From Puia sp. (GTDB taxonomy: Bacteria; Bacteroidota; Bacteroidia; Chitinophagales; Chitinophagaceae): 42,201 bases of DNA. The stretch lies in NCBI GenBank assembly GCA_035570015.1, contig DATMLR010000332.1:1-42201 (forward strand), in the 5' to 3' direction. Positions 26,550 through 34,367 of this stretch are shown in pieces. Position numbers and translations under genes: made by a program. The notes under the pieces were generated by a model that was not told where the DNA came from, did no database searches, and was given only the letters and a program-made list of their open reading frames with translations. How positions within the stretch are numbered: position 1 is the first letter of the stretch; each line of letters opens with the position of its first letter.

Positions 26550-27340
26550 TGATTACTATGGTACTGAACCGCGAACAACTGATCGACCATCTCGACAACA
26601 CCCATACGGGCCAGGGCTCTGCCGATGTGGACACGCGGATCGCAGCCGATCCGGAGACCAGCCAGGAATGGAAGCAGCTTCGCCTTGCCGTAGATGCGGT
26701 AGAGCAGGCTGCGCTGTACGAAAAGGTCAGCACGGTAAGAGCAGAATGGCTGGCGCATCGCCCGGAGACTGCATCGGTTTCCGCTGTTCAGCCTGGCGGC
26801 GCGGTCGTCCGTTCTATCTCGCGCCTCGCCCTTCGGGCAGCCGCAGTCGTCCTGGTCATCGGCGCTTCCACGGCGATCTATAAATATACCGTGACCAGCT
26901 CATCCGGCATGTACTCCTCCTATTACACTTCTTACGATCTCAATACCAGCCGTGGCGCCACGACCGCCCAGGACGATATGGAAGAAGCTTACAAGGCGCG
27001 GAATTGGTCCGGCGTTGACGATGCGTTCAAAAAGAAGAAAGTAAAGAACAATAAAAGCTATTTCCTCGAAGGCATGGCCGATATGGAAGCAAAGAAGTAT
27101 GATGAAGCCATCGGCATGTTCCAGCAAGTCATAGCAGCCAATAACCTCGCGGGTTCCGACTATTTCGAAGATGAATCCGAGTTCTACCTGGCGATGGCAT
27201 GGCTGGCGCGGAATGATGTCAAGGAAGCGATGCCCCTGCTGGACAAGATCAAAGCAGACAAGACGCACCTGTATCACGACGTAGTCGTCCGGATGTCAAG
27301 TCTCGATCTGCGGATCGCCGCTTATAAAGATCTGAAATAA
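26549..27340 (+). CDS. Putative transmembrane anti-sigma factor with C-terminal TPR domain
   Basis: TAATG coupling to the sigma gene. Helical N-terminal domain, TM 'AAAVVLVIGASTAIY', and TPR-like 'SYFLEGMADMEAKKYDEAIGMFQQVI' and 'SEFYLAMAWLARNDVKEAMPLLDKI'. Confidence 0.78.
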   Translation: MITMVLNREQLIDHLDNTHTGQGSADVDTRIAADPETSQEWKQLRLAVDAVEQAALYEKVSTVRAEWLAHRPETASVSAVQPGGAVVRSISRLALRAAAVVLVIGASTAIYKYTVTSSSGMYSSYYTSYDLNTSRGATTAQDDMEEAYKARNWSGVDDAFKKKKVKNNKSYFLEGMADMEAKKYDEAIGMFQQVIAANNLAGSDYFEDESEFYLAMAWLARNDVKEAMPLLDKIKADKTHLYHDVVVRMSSLDLRIAAYKDLK

Positions 27341-27376
27341 TCAACCACGTTACCAATAGTCAAACACCAATAGCCA

Positions 27377-30187
27377 TTAAACACGCGCAGCACCAGAGAA
27401 AAGCCGTTTAATCAACGGCTTTTTTCTTTTCCGGATGATCCACCAAATCCCACCGCCTGCCGGAACCAGCAACAATCCCCACCACCATGGGAAGCCCCGC
27501 GGGTATAACGGTGCCGTATCCCCGATCAGCACCAGATGCGACCAGAAAGCCGGGCTCTTGTTCACCGTACCGCTGGCCAGATAATCCAGCTTCGCCTGCC
27601 GCAACGCCGTAGATTTCTTATACCCTTTCTCCAGATAAACATAGAAGCGCTGCAGAATAAAGGAAGTGGCCTGATCATCGGCTTTCCAGAGACTGCTGAT
27701 CGAGCTGGCGCAGCCGGCATAAGCGAAGGCCCGGGCCAGCGATATGACCCCTTCATTGCTGACCAGCTCGCCCTGCCCGGTCTCGCAGGCGCTGATGACA
27801 ACCAGCTTCGTCTTGTTCAGATCCAGCCCGTACAATTCCTCCAGGAACAGACAGTCTTCGATCGGCGTATCGGACCGGGGATAAAAGGCGATGAAGGAAC
27901 CGGCTGCATTGTCGGCGGAAGACACGGCATGGGTCGCCAGATGCAGGATTGGATAGCGGTTCAGGTCCCGGAGGAACCGGGCCTTGGTCGCCTCCCGGCC
28001 CAGGTAATGAATTCCCGGCAGCCCCGCGATCTCCTCCTGTGATGCCGGCAATGGCGGGAACCGATAGGTTCCGGTAGACAGGAACCGGTCACCGGTGAAT
28101 GGGGCGAAGGCCAGCACCCCGGTCTCCACGGCCTGATGGTCCGCCCGGGGCTCTGGCGGAATGACCAGCCGGGATGCAAATTGATAGCTGATCGTCGTCG
28201 TCTCCAGCATCGTCTTATCTTCCGTGCCGGAGGGGAGGGATTCGAAGGGCAGGAAGTACAGGAACCCATCGGGTACGATGATCCAGTCATCCTGATCGGG
28301 GATAAGGGCCCGGATCGGCCGGATGAGCTGCCGGCTAAGGCGCTCCCCCAGCGGGCCGCCTTTGAACTTCCGGCCGTTCTCTACTGTCTTCAGCAGCCCC
28401 AGCCAGTCCGCCACGTCCCTGATAAGTGCGGCCAGTGAATCGATCCGGACATGACGGAACGATGATTGGGTGAGCAGAAAGGCATGGAGCGCGTCCGTGG
28501 TCAGACCGAAGCTGATCAGCGCTTGGTTGGGCCCCAGATGCGCCTGTAGCGTGCGGATCCCCGGGATCGTATCCTCATATTTCAGCCGGTAATAGTTCCC
28601 ATCGCGCTCCAGCTTCTGCTGGAGCTGCGCCAGAGCGATCTCATACCCTGCTTTCTGCTGGGCGATGGCTTGGAGGGTGGCCTTTTCTGTCGTTTCCTCC
28701 ATTCGGACATCCAGCCGGGCGATATTGTATTTGATGTCTTCTTCTTTTTGCAGGGACCCGTTACCCGGCAGTCCATGGCTTCTCTCCTGCAGGTTGGCTG
28801 AAATGACCGAGGCCTTGTTCCGTTCGCTGATCAGGAAGGCCTGCTCAAGATAGCCCTTGTCCGGGTGAAGCCGGTCGAGTTCCAGGCAGACCTCCAGGGC
28901 GCCCCGGTAGACCGCGCTGTTTCGTTTCTTAAGAAAGAGTTTGGCATCATCCGTGTCGTAACTTTTCTCGATATAGCGGAGGATCGAAAGGCTTGCCCTA
29001 TAGGCATTGTAGGCGGCCAGCAGCCATTGATCGCGGGGTTGTGACCGGTACAGCTGCATAAGCAGTTGCGCTTTCTTGAAAAGCGCGTCGAACAGCCGGT
29101 AGGAGGCAAACGAGCCCGTGAAATTGGCCGGATTAGCGAAAATATCCGGATCGGTGAAGTGCGGGGAAAAGATGATGATGGCCTTTTGCAGCTGTTGCAA
29201 TGCGGTGAGATAGTCGGTGCCGGAGGCCAGCAGGTCCGCCCGGTAGAGATCGTTTATCCCGCGGTCCAGCTCATTGATCCGCAAGGCGGCCGCCCCGGGA
29301 GTTCCTGCAGCCAATGCGTCCAGCCGGTTGAGAAAAAGGATCGCAGAATCGGTCCGGTGAAGCTGCGTCAGCGAATACCCGATCTCATTGAGGACGCCGG
29401 GGATATTCCGCACTTTTACTTTCCGGAAGCAATTGAGCGCATCGCGGTACTTCTCCAGAGACTCGAAGGCCATCCCCATGTTGAGCCAGACCGGGTCATC
29501 GGCTTCGTGGTAGGGGAGGATTTGTCGGTAGATATTCAGCGATTCGGTGAACAGCCCGAGGTGATAGCAACAGGTTGCGATGTTGGTTTGGAGGCTGACG
29601 GCGGAAGCGGTATCAAAAGGCGCACGGCTCTTGACGATCTCCAGCGCGCGGCTGAAATAGTCCCTGCCCTGCTGATAGTTCCCGTTATCGAAATAAAGCA
29701 CCCCAAGGGTATTGTAGAGCCGGACATTATCGGCTGAATCGGCATACAGATTGGCCCGGGATTCGGCGTCAAGCAGGAAATAACGTGCCGAATCGAAGAA
29801 GTTGAGGTTATAATAGCTGGTCCCTGTATACACTTGCAACACAAAGGTCAGCGAATCGGCTTGCGGATGGTAGCGCAGGGCCTGGCAATAGGCGGTCTTG
29901 GCGCCGGAATAGTCATACCGGGAATCGAGCAGGATCCCTTTCTTGAACCAGGATTGGAAAAGCAGGGTGTCCTTCCCCTTGCCTTCCGGCACCGCCTCCA
30001 GCCCGGCGATCACGCGGCTGAATCCAACAAGGGCCAGGCTATCCGTGACCGGGGTATTGTTCGTAAGCTGGAAAAGGCTGTCGGACCGATGGTATAAAAG
30101 GGCAATCCGGCCGATAGGATCGCCGGAATTGCCGAAGAGGAAAGTGAGACCCATAAATAGGGCCGCTGTCAACCACCACTTCACCAT
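27377..30187 (-). CDS. TPR + CHAT domain (caspase-like, clan CD) protease with signal peptide and C-terminal membrane anchor
   Basis: TPRs ('LYNTLGVLYFDNGNYQQGRDYFSRAL'); CHAT 'IIVPDGFLYFLPFESL', catalytic His 'LHLATHA', catalytic Cys 'VVISACETG', 'SLWKADD', 'PAFWSHLVLIGD'; C-terminal TM followed by RKRKK. Start is ATG 30187 or GTG 30193. Confidence 0.93.
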   Translation of the reverse strand: MVKWWLTAALFMGLTFLFGNSGDPIGRIALLYHRSDSLFQLTNNTPVTDSLALVGFSRVIAGLEAVPEGKGKDTLLFQSWFKKGILLDSRYDYSGAKTAYCQALRYHPQADSLTFVLQVYTGTSYYNLNFFDSARYFLLDAESRANLYADSADNVRLYNTLGVLYFDNGNYQQGRDYFSRALEIVKSRAPFDTASAVSLQTNIATCCYHLGLFTESLNIYRQILPYHEADDPVWLNMGMAFESLEKYRDALNCFRKVKVRNIPGVLNEIGYSLTQLHRTDSAILFLNRLDALAAGTPGAAALRINELDRGINDLYRADLLASGTDYLTALQQLQKAIIIFSPHFTDPDIFANPANFTGSFASYRLFDALFKKAQLLMQLYRSQPRDQWLLAAYNAYRASLSILRYIEKSYDTDDAKLFLKKRNSAVYRGALEVCLELDRLHPDKGYLEQAFLISERNKASVISANLQERSHGLPGNGSLQKEEDIKYNIARLDVRMEETTEKATLQAIAQQKAGYEIALAQLQQKLERDGNYYRLKYEDTIPGIRTLQAHLGPNQALISFGLTTDALHAFLLTQSSFRHVRIDSLAALIRDVADWLGLLKTVENGRKFKGGPLGERLSRQLIRPIRALIPDQDDWIIVPDGFLYFLPFESLPSGTEDKTMLETTTISYQFASRLVIPPEPRADHQAVETGVLAFAPFTGDRFLSTGTYRFPPLPASQEEIAGLPGIHYLGREATKARFLRDLNRYPILHLATHAVSSADNAAGSFIAFYPRSDTPIEDCLFLEELYGLDLNKTKLVVISACETGQGELVSNEGVISLARAFAYAGCASSISSLWKADDQATSFILQRFYVYLEKGYKKSTALRQAKLDYLASGTVNKSPAFWSHLVLIGDTAPLYPRGFPWWWGLLLVPAGGGIWWIIRKRKKPLIKRLFSGAARV

Positions 30188-30214
30188 GCCCACTACAACG
30201 GCCTTCGCAACGTG

Positions 30215-31168
30215 TTAATTGTGTCGGACGATAACTACCAGCGGCGGCCGCGGGTTGCTCGACGTGCTGATCACATTCCCGCTGGTCAGTTCGTCCAGCT
30301 TGTTTATGACAGTGCCCAGGAGGCCACTATTGATCAGCGACGGTTGTTCGTAATAGACAAACTGGACCGAAATATTCTGCAAGGCATTGTTACTCGGGTC
30401 ATCGCCGATCTTGTACCAGATCGTGGTCGTGATGGTCTGGCCGTTGACCGGCAGGATACCGAAGGCGCCGCCCAGCAGCCCGCCAAGTCCCGGAGGACCG
30501 TTTAAGGTCTGCTCCAGGTTGATCGCACCGGTGCTCTTGTTGACGACCACATGCTGAGCTGCCGCCGAGCCGGTGACGTCAAAGCTACAGGCATTGCTGG
30601 TCAGACAGAGGTTCAGGTCTTTCGGGTTTGCTTCGAAATAAGGGACAGCATAGTCTTCACCTTCACTCAGCACATAGACACTGTCCGCATATGCGGCGCC
30701 GCCGATCGTGAGATAACTGAGACAGGTATCGGTCGTCCCGCTCGCTACGAATCCCATGATATATTTCATCCCGGTCTGACTGGCAGTTACGTCGATCGCT
30801 CCTGTCGTGGAGTCGAGCACCATGCCCACCGGCCAGGACAGATATTTACCGGCGCCGGGGTTGTTAACGGGATTGACAATATAATCGGAACCGTGTGTCG
30901 GTTGGGGATAAATGATGGTATCGCCATAGATCGGCAGCGAAGGACAGCTGTTTTCCGGCGCCGTCTCGGCCGGGAGCGGCGCTTTTGGCTGTGCAGGCGG
31001 CGCAATCTCCGAACTGTCGGTGATCAGCACCACAGGAGGGTTGTAACCGGGAGCCGAGCGGAGACCGCCGGGGGTAATGTCGAGGTCGGATGTAGACTTC
31101 TGGCAGGAGGCCAGGATCAGGAGGGTTGCTAATCCCAGCAGGGAAATCGGGTTAAATTTCTTTTTCAT
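30215..31168 (-). CDS. Hypothetical lipoprotein, first gene of the CHAT operon
   Basis: 'MKKKFNPISLLGLATLLILAS-C' lipobox; Pro-rich linker; two similar beta-rich units ('LDSTTGAIDV' and 'VNKSTGAINL'). Start placed at ATG 31168. Confidence 0.82.
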   Translation of the reverse strand: MKKKFNPISLLGLATLLILASCQKSTSDLDITPGGLRSAPGYNPPVVLITDSSEIAPPAQPKAPLPAETAPENSCPSLPIYGDTIIYPQPTHGSDYIVNPVNNPGAGKYLSWPVGMVLDSTTGAIDVTASQTGMKYIMGFVASGTTDTCLSYLTIGGAAYADSVYVLSEGEDYAVPYFEANPKDLNLCLTSNACSFDVTGSAAAQHVVVNKSTGAINLEQTLNGPPGLGGLLGGAFGILPVNGQTITTTIWYKIGDDPSNNALQNISVQFVYYEQPSLINSGLLGTVINKLDELTSGNVISTSSNPRPPLVVIVRHN

Positions 31169-31263
31169 CGGGACGGAATATTTAGGGTCGAACGTTGACA
31201 AAATACGAAATCTTCTCCACAAATTCAAGCTGGACCGGGCTCCGGAGGGCTCGATCTCCTAAT

Positions 31264-31313
31264 TAGTAAACGCCCGGCGCCGGAATGTAACCGGTCCGCG
31301 GCGTTAAATTTAC
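31264..31313 (-). promoter_or_regulatory. Second copy of the motif, GTAA-N15-CCGGTTACAT-N16-TACTA, upstream of the lipoprotein-CHAT operon
   Basis: Minus strand reads GTAAatttaacgccgcggaCCGGTTACATtccggcgccgggcgttTACTA. Confidence 0.6.
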
Positions 31314-31326
31314 AAATGATTGATTT

Positions 31327-32451
31327 TCAATCCTTGGCTGGTACTTTTGGCGGAGGCGGGGGAGGCGCCTTGTCTTCTTGCATTTTCCCCTCGATCTTGA
31401 TCGCATCCAATTGCTGGAGCTCAAGATTCAACTTCGAACCCAGGGTATCAAGCGTAATCCGGGGTGGGTTAAGGCGGAGTGCTTGCCCGTTCTTTTTCGC
31501 GTTTCCGGTGATATATACCAAGCTGATGCTCTGAACCGAGTCCCTGACAATTTTGGCTATTTTAATGGCGTCTCCCGGTAGCGGTTTTGTCTGCGCTTGC
31601 GCCGGAGCATTCTGCTCCTTGCTGCACGCCAGCACCATCACCGTAAAGAGAACCGGCAGGGCCAGCGCCATCCGCCATCGGGATGGAGATTTGGATAAAC
31701 TGATCATACGTAATCTTCGTTTTATGGGTGAATGAAAGAAATGATGCGATGGATCGAGATATCGCCCTTCGTCGTACGCCTGCAGCAGCATCCGCGCAAA
31801 GATTTCGGTATCGCCGGTCGCTATGCTTGCCCCATCCGCGATAAACTCGTGTACCATCTGCAATTCCCGCCGGATCAGCCAGTAGAAAGGATTGAACCAC
31901 AATATCGCCGCCAGCGTCTGCGCGAATAGGATATCATACGTATGTCCGCCGCGGATATGCGCCAGCTCGTGGTCGAAGATCTTCCGGTGGACGGTATCCC
32001 GGATATCGGCGCCTTCCTGCCAGAAGAGGTTCTTTAGGAACGAGAAGGGCGCCCGCCGGTCTTGCACTTCGATCAACATGCAGCCCTCCAGCCGCTGCAT
32101 GCGGTGGCCCCGCCTGAGCCGGTAGACGCGCATGATGCGGACAACCAGGATCGCCACCAGCACGGCACTGATGACGGCGCAGGCCAGCAGGATAACCGTC
32201 ATCACCGGGAAGGCCCTTACGACCACCGGATGTGCTTCAATGGTTGTGGTCACTTGTACCCGGGCCGCCGAATGCCAGGTCAGCCAATCCAGTCGGATCA
32301 GCGGCAGCACAAGGCTGGCCAGAAGGGAAGAAAGCAACCACCCCCGGTTGAATGCGTGAAGCTTCCGGTTGCGCAGCACCGTGAGGTAGTACCCCAGCAT
32401 CAGCCCGCTGATCAGCAGCGACCGGATTAGATAGGAGAGGAGCGTATCCAT
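31327..32451 (-). CDS. BlaR1/M56 family metallopeptidase with a short Pro-rich C-terminal domain
   Basis: 'APFSFLKNLFW', 'HELAH', 'WFNPFYW', 'HEFIAD', 'IKRRLRMI'; tail 'APPPPPPK'. Confidence 0.92.
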   Translation of the reverse strand: MDTLLSYLIRSLLISGLMLGYYLTVLRNRKLHAFNRGWLLSSLLASLVLPLIRLDWLTWHSAARVQVTTTIEAHPVVVRAFPVMTVILLACAVISAVLVAILVVRIMRVYRLRRGHRMQRLEGCMLIEVQDRRAPFSFLKNLFWQEGADIRDTVHRKIFDHELAHIRGGHTYDILFAQTLAAILWFNPFYWLIRRELQMVHEFIADGASIATGDTEIFARMLLQAYDEGRYLDPSHHFFHSPIKRRLRMISLSKSPSRWRMALALPVLFTVMVLACSKEQNAPAQAQTKPLPGDAIKIAKIVRDSVQSISLVYITGNAKKNGQALRLNPPRITLDTLGSKLNLELQQLDAIKIEGKMQEDKAPPPPPPKVPAKD

Positions 32452-32452
32452 A

Positions 32453-32815
32453 CTACTTTTTGTTTTTCTTCAGTTGTTGTAATAATAATTCCAGCTCCTT
32501 GACCGACAGTTTCTTTTCATCCACGAGGAAGGAGACAACATTGCTGAACGACCCGTCGAAATACGACTTGGTCATGGTGGTCAGCGTATCCCGGGAATAA
32601 TTTTCCTTTGAGATCGCCGGATGATAGCGGTGGATGCGGCCAAGCGTTTCGATGCGGACAAATCCTTTGTCCACCATTGTCTTCAAGATCGTGGCGACCG
32701 TGTTCTTGTGCGGTTTTGGCTCGGGCATGGCTTCGACGATCTCCATCAGCAAGCCGCTGCCCAGCAGCCACAGGACTCTCATGACTTGTTCTTCCGCCCG
32801 GGTGAGGGTTTTCAT
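32453..32815 (-). CDS. BlaI/MecI/CopY family transcriptional repressor
   Basis: 'LTRAEEQVMRVLW...PKPHKNTVATILKTMVDKGFV...YFDGSFSNVVSFLV'. Confidence 0.95.
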   Translation of the reverse strand: MKTLTRAEEQVMRVLWLLGSGLLMEIVEAMPEPKPHKNTVATILKTMVDKGFVRIETLGRIHRYHPAISKENYSRDTLTTMTKSYFDGSFSNVVSFLVDEKKLSVKELELLLQQLKKNKK

Positions 32816-32816
32816 C

Positions 32817-32861
32817 TTGAACTATGTTTATAGTTCAAAGGTAGAACTATTTTTATAGTTT
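32817..32861. promoter_or_regulatory. Tandem BlaI operators flanking a perfect Bacteroidota -7 element
   Basis: TTGAACTAT-gttt-ATAGTTCAA (32817-32838) and GAACTAT-tttt-ATAGTTT (32844-32861). Minus-strand TACCTTTG (TAnnTTTG) at 32836-32843. Confidence 0.87.
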
Positions 32862-32912
32862 CAAAATTTTTTTTTTCGCCTGGGCAGATTTTGAGCCGGG
32901 AGGCAACCGTAC

Positions 32913-33752
32913 TCATTTGAGGATCAGGACGGGCATTTCCGCATTCCTGACCAGCGCCTGTGAAATACTGCGGTGGGTCAGCTTGTAGAAGAAGCTGTGC
33001 TTTCCCGGCAGTGCAATGATCATATCCACGCTTCTATCCTGGGCAAATCTCAGGATGCCCAGCAACGTATTGGGTTCATCGGAGTAGTTGAGCTCCCAAT
33101 CGATGCCTGCCAGGTATTTTTGAAGGTTAGAGCTGACTGCGCGGAATGGCCCATCGGGCTCCGAGCGCCGGAATCCCGGATCTACATTGACGACCAGCAC
33201 TTTCTTGGTGCGCCAAAACACTTCTTCCTGCATGACTTTGAGCGGTGACAGACAAGCCAGGTTTCGAAAATCGCAGGGGAGGAGTACCTTATGAATGCCC
33301 TCAAACAGCTTTCCGGCGGGGATGATCAGCACTGATACCGGGCTGATCCGCGCAATCCCGATCACGTGTTCATCTACTTCACTATCCTCACCGCTGCCAA
33401 CAACCAGCAGGTCCGGCTTTCGGAAGGCGACAGCGTTCAGGATGGACCGCAATAAGGGTTCTTTGCTTTCTATTGTTTCTATCGTTACCGCCGGACCGGC
33501 GAGCGGCTTTATTTCGTCCAGGACATCCAGCAGATGCCGTCTGAATCCACTGCGTTTTTCGCGGATTTCCTGTTCTCCGATCTGGACGAAGTCGGGCGTC
33601 GGCAGGATCTGCTCATAGATAGAGACGAAATAACTGTTCAGAAGGATGATCCGCCCGATCTGATATTCCGGCAAAGCGGAAAGCTCCGCGACGTATCGGG
33701 CGGCATTGTGCGATGCGGCCGAATAGTCGACCGGCAAAAGGATCGTTTTCAT
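32913..33752 (-). CDS. Universal stress protein (tandem USP domains)
   Basis: 'MKTILLPVDYSAASHNAARY', 'PDLLVVGS', 'VSVLIIP', 'HSFFYKLTHRSIS...MPVLILK'. Start placed at ATG 33752. Confidence 0.88.
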   Translation of the reverse strand: MKTILLPVDYSAASHNAARYVAELSALPEYQIGRIILLNSYFVSIYEQILPTPDFVQIGEQEIREKRSGFRRHLLDVLDEIKPLAGPAVTIETIESKEPLLRSILNAVAFRKPDLLVVGSGEDSEVDEHVIGIARISPVSVLIIPAGKLFEGIHKVLLPCDFRNLACLSPLKVMQEEVFWRTKKVLVVNVDPGFRRSEPDGPFRAVSSNLQKYLAGIDWELNYSDEPNTLLGILRFAQDRSVDMIIALPGKHSFFYKLTHRSISQALVRNAEMPVLILK

Positions 33753-33763
33753 TACCCATGGTT

Positions 33764-34216
33764 TTAAATCGTTACGTGTACATTTTCCGTTATTTTTCTG
33801 ATCAGCTGCAGACAAGACTCGATCTCGTCACCGCTGACACCGGCTACGGCCTGCTCGTATACTTCCAATACCCAGGGATATAGTTTCTTCCGCAATTGCC
33901 GCCCCGCCGGGGTGAGATAGACCAGCTTGTTGCGCCGGTCCCGCTCGTCGCCGATCCGGGAAACCAGCAGTTCTCTTTCCAGCTTTCCCACAAGGTGCGT
34001 AATACTGGACTTGTCCTTGACCGTTAGAGCCGCGAGCTGTTGCTGGTTCACCCCGTCCTCCTTCCATAGGCAGGCCAGGATCTCTACCATCTCAAAACTA
34101 ATGTGCGGCGCATGCTCCGTTATCTTCTCCTGAAGCAGATAATTGATGTGATTTCTCATTTCAGCCACCGCCCGGCCGAGGTCGACGGCCAGTTCGGTAC
34201 GTTCTTTTTCGGGCAT
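33764..34216 (-). CDS. MarR family transcriptional regulator
   Basis: 'LWKEDGVNQQQLAALTVKDKSSITHLVGKLE...DERDRRNKLVYLTPAG'. Start placed at ATG 34216. Confidence 0.93.
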   Translation of the reverse strand: MPEKERTELAVDLGRAVAEMRNHINYLLQEKITEHAPHISFEMVEILACLWKEDGVNQQQLAALTVKDKSSITHLVGKLERELLVSRIGDERDRRNKLVYLTPAGRQLRKKLYPWVLEVYEQAVAGVSGDEIESCLQLIRKITENVHVTI

Positions 34217-34255
34217 GATCGGGAGTGTTTTGGTTATAACATTACGCCATGGGCG

Positions 34256-34275
34256 ATAGTTTAAAGTTAAACTAT
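34256..34275. promoter_or_regulatory. Putative MarR operator (9-2-9 palindrome)
   Basis: ATAGTTTAA-ag-TTAAACTAT perfect inverted repeat about 40 bp upstream of marR. Confidence 0.75.
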
Positions 34276-34367
34276 TTATATATTCGGGACAAGACCTTTT
34301 TAGGATTTTCTCCCAAAATTGTATATTCACGGCTGAACCGGGCGGCGCCCGAATTTCAATTAAACAT

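Noticed and set aside
25947-30193. Possible type III-E CRISPR (Craspase) or anti-phage caspase locus
   Set aside because: No cas genes, CRISPR repeats, gasdermin or other effector in the window, and the CHAT appears extracytoplasmic. Kept only as a mechanistic analogy.
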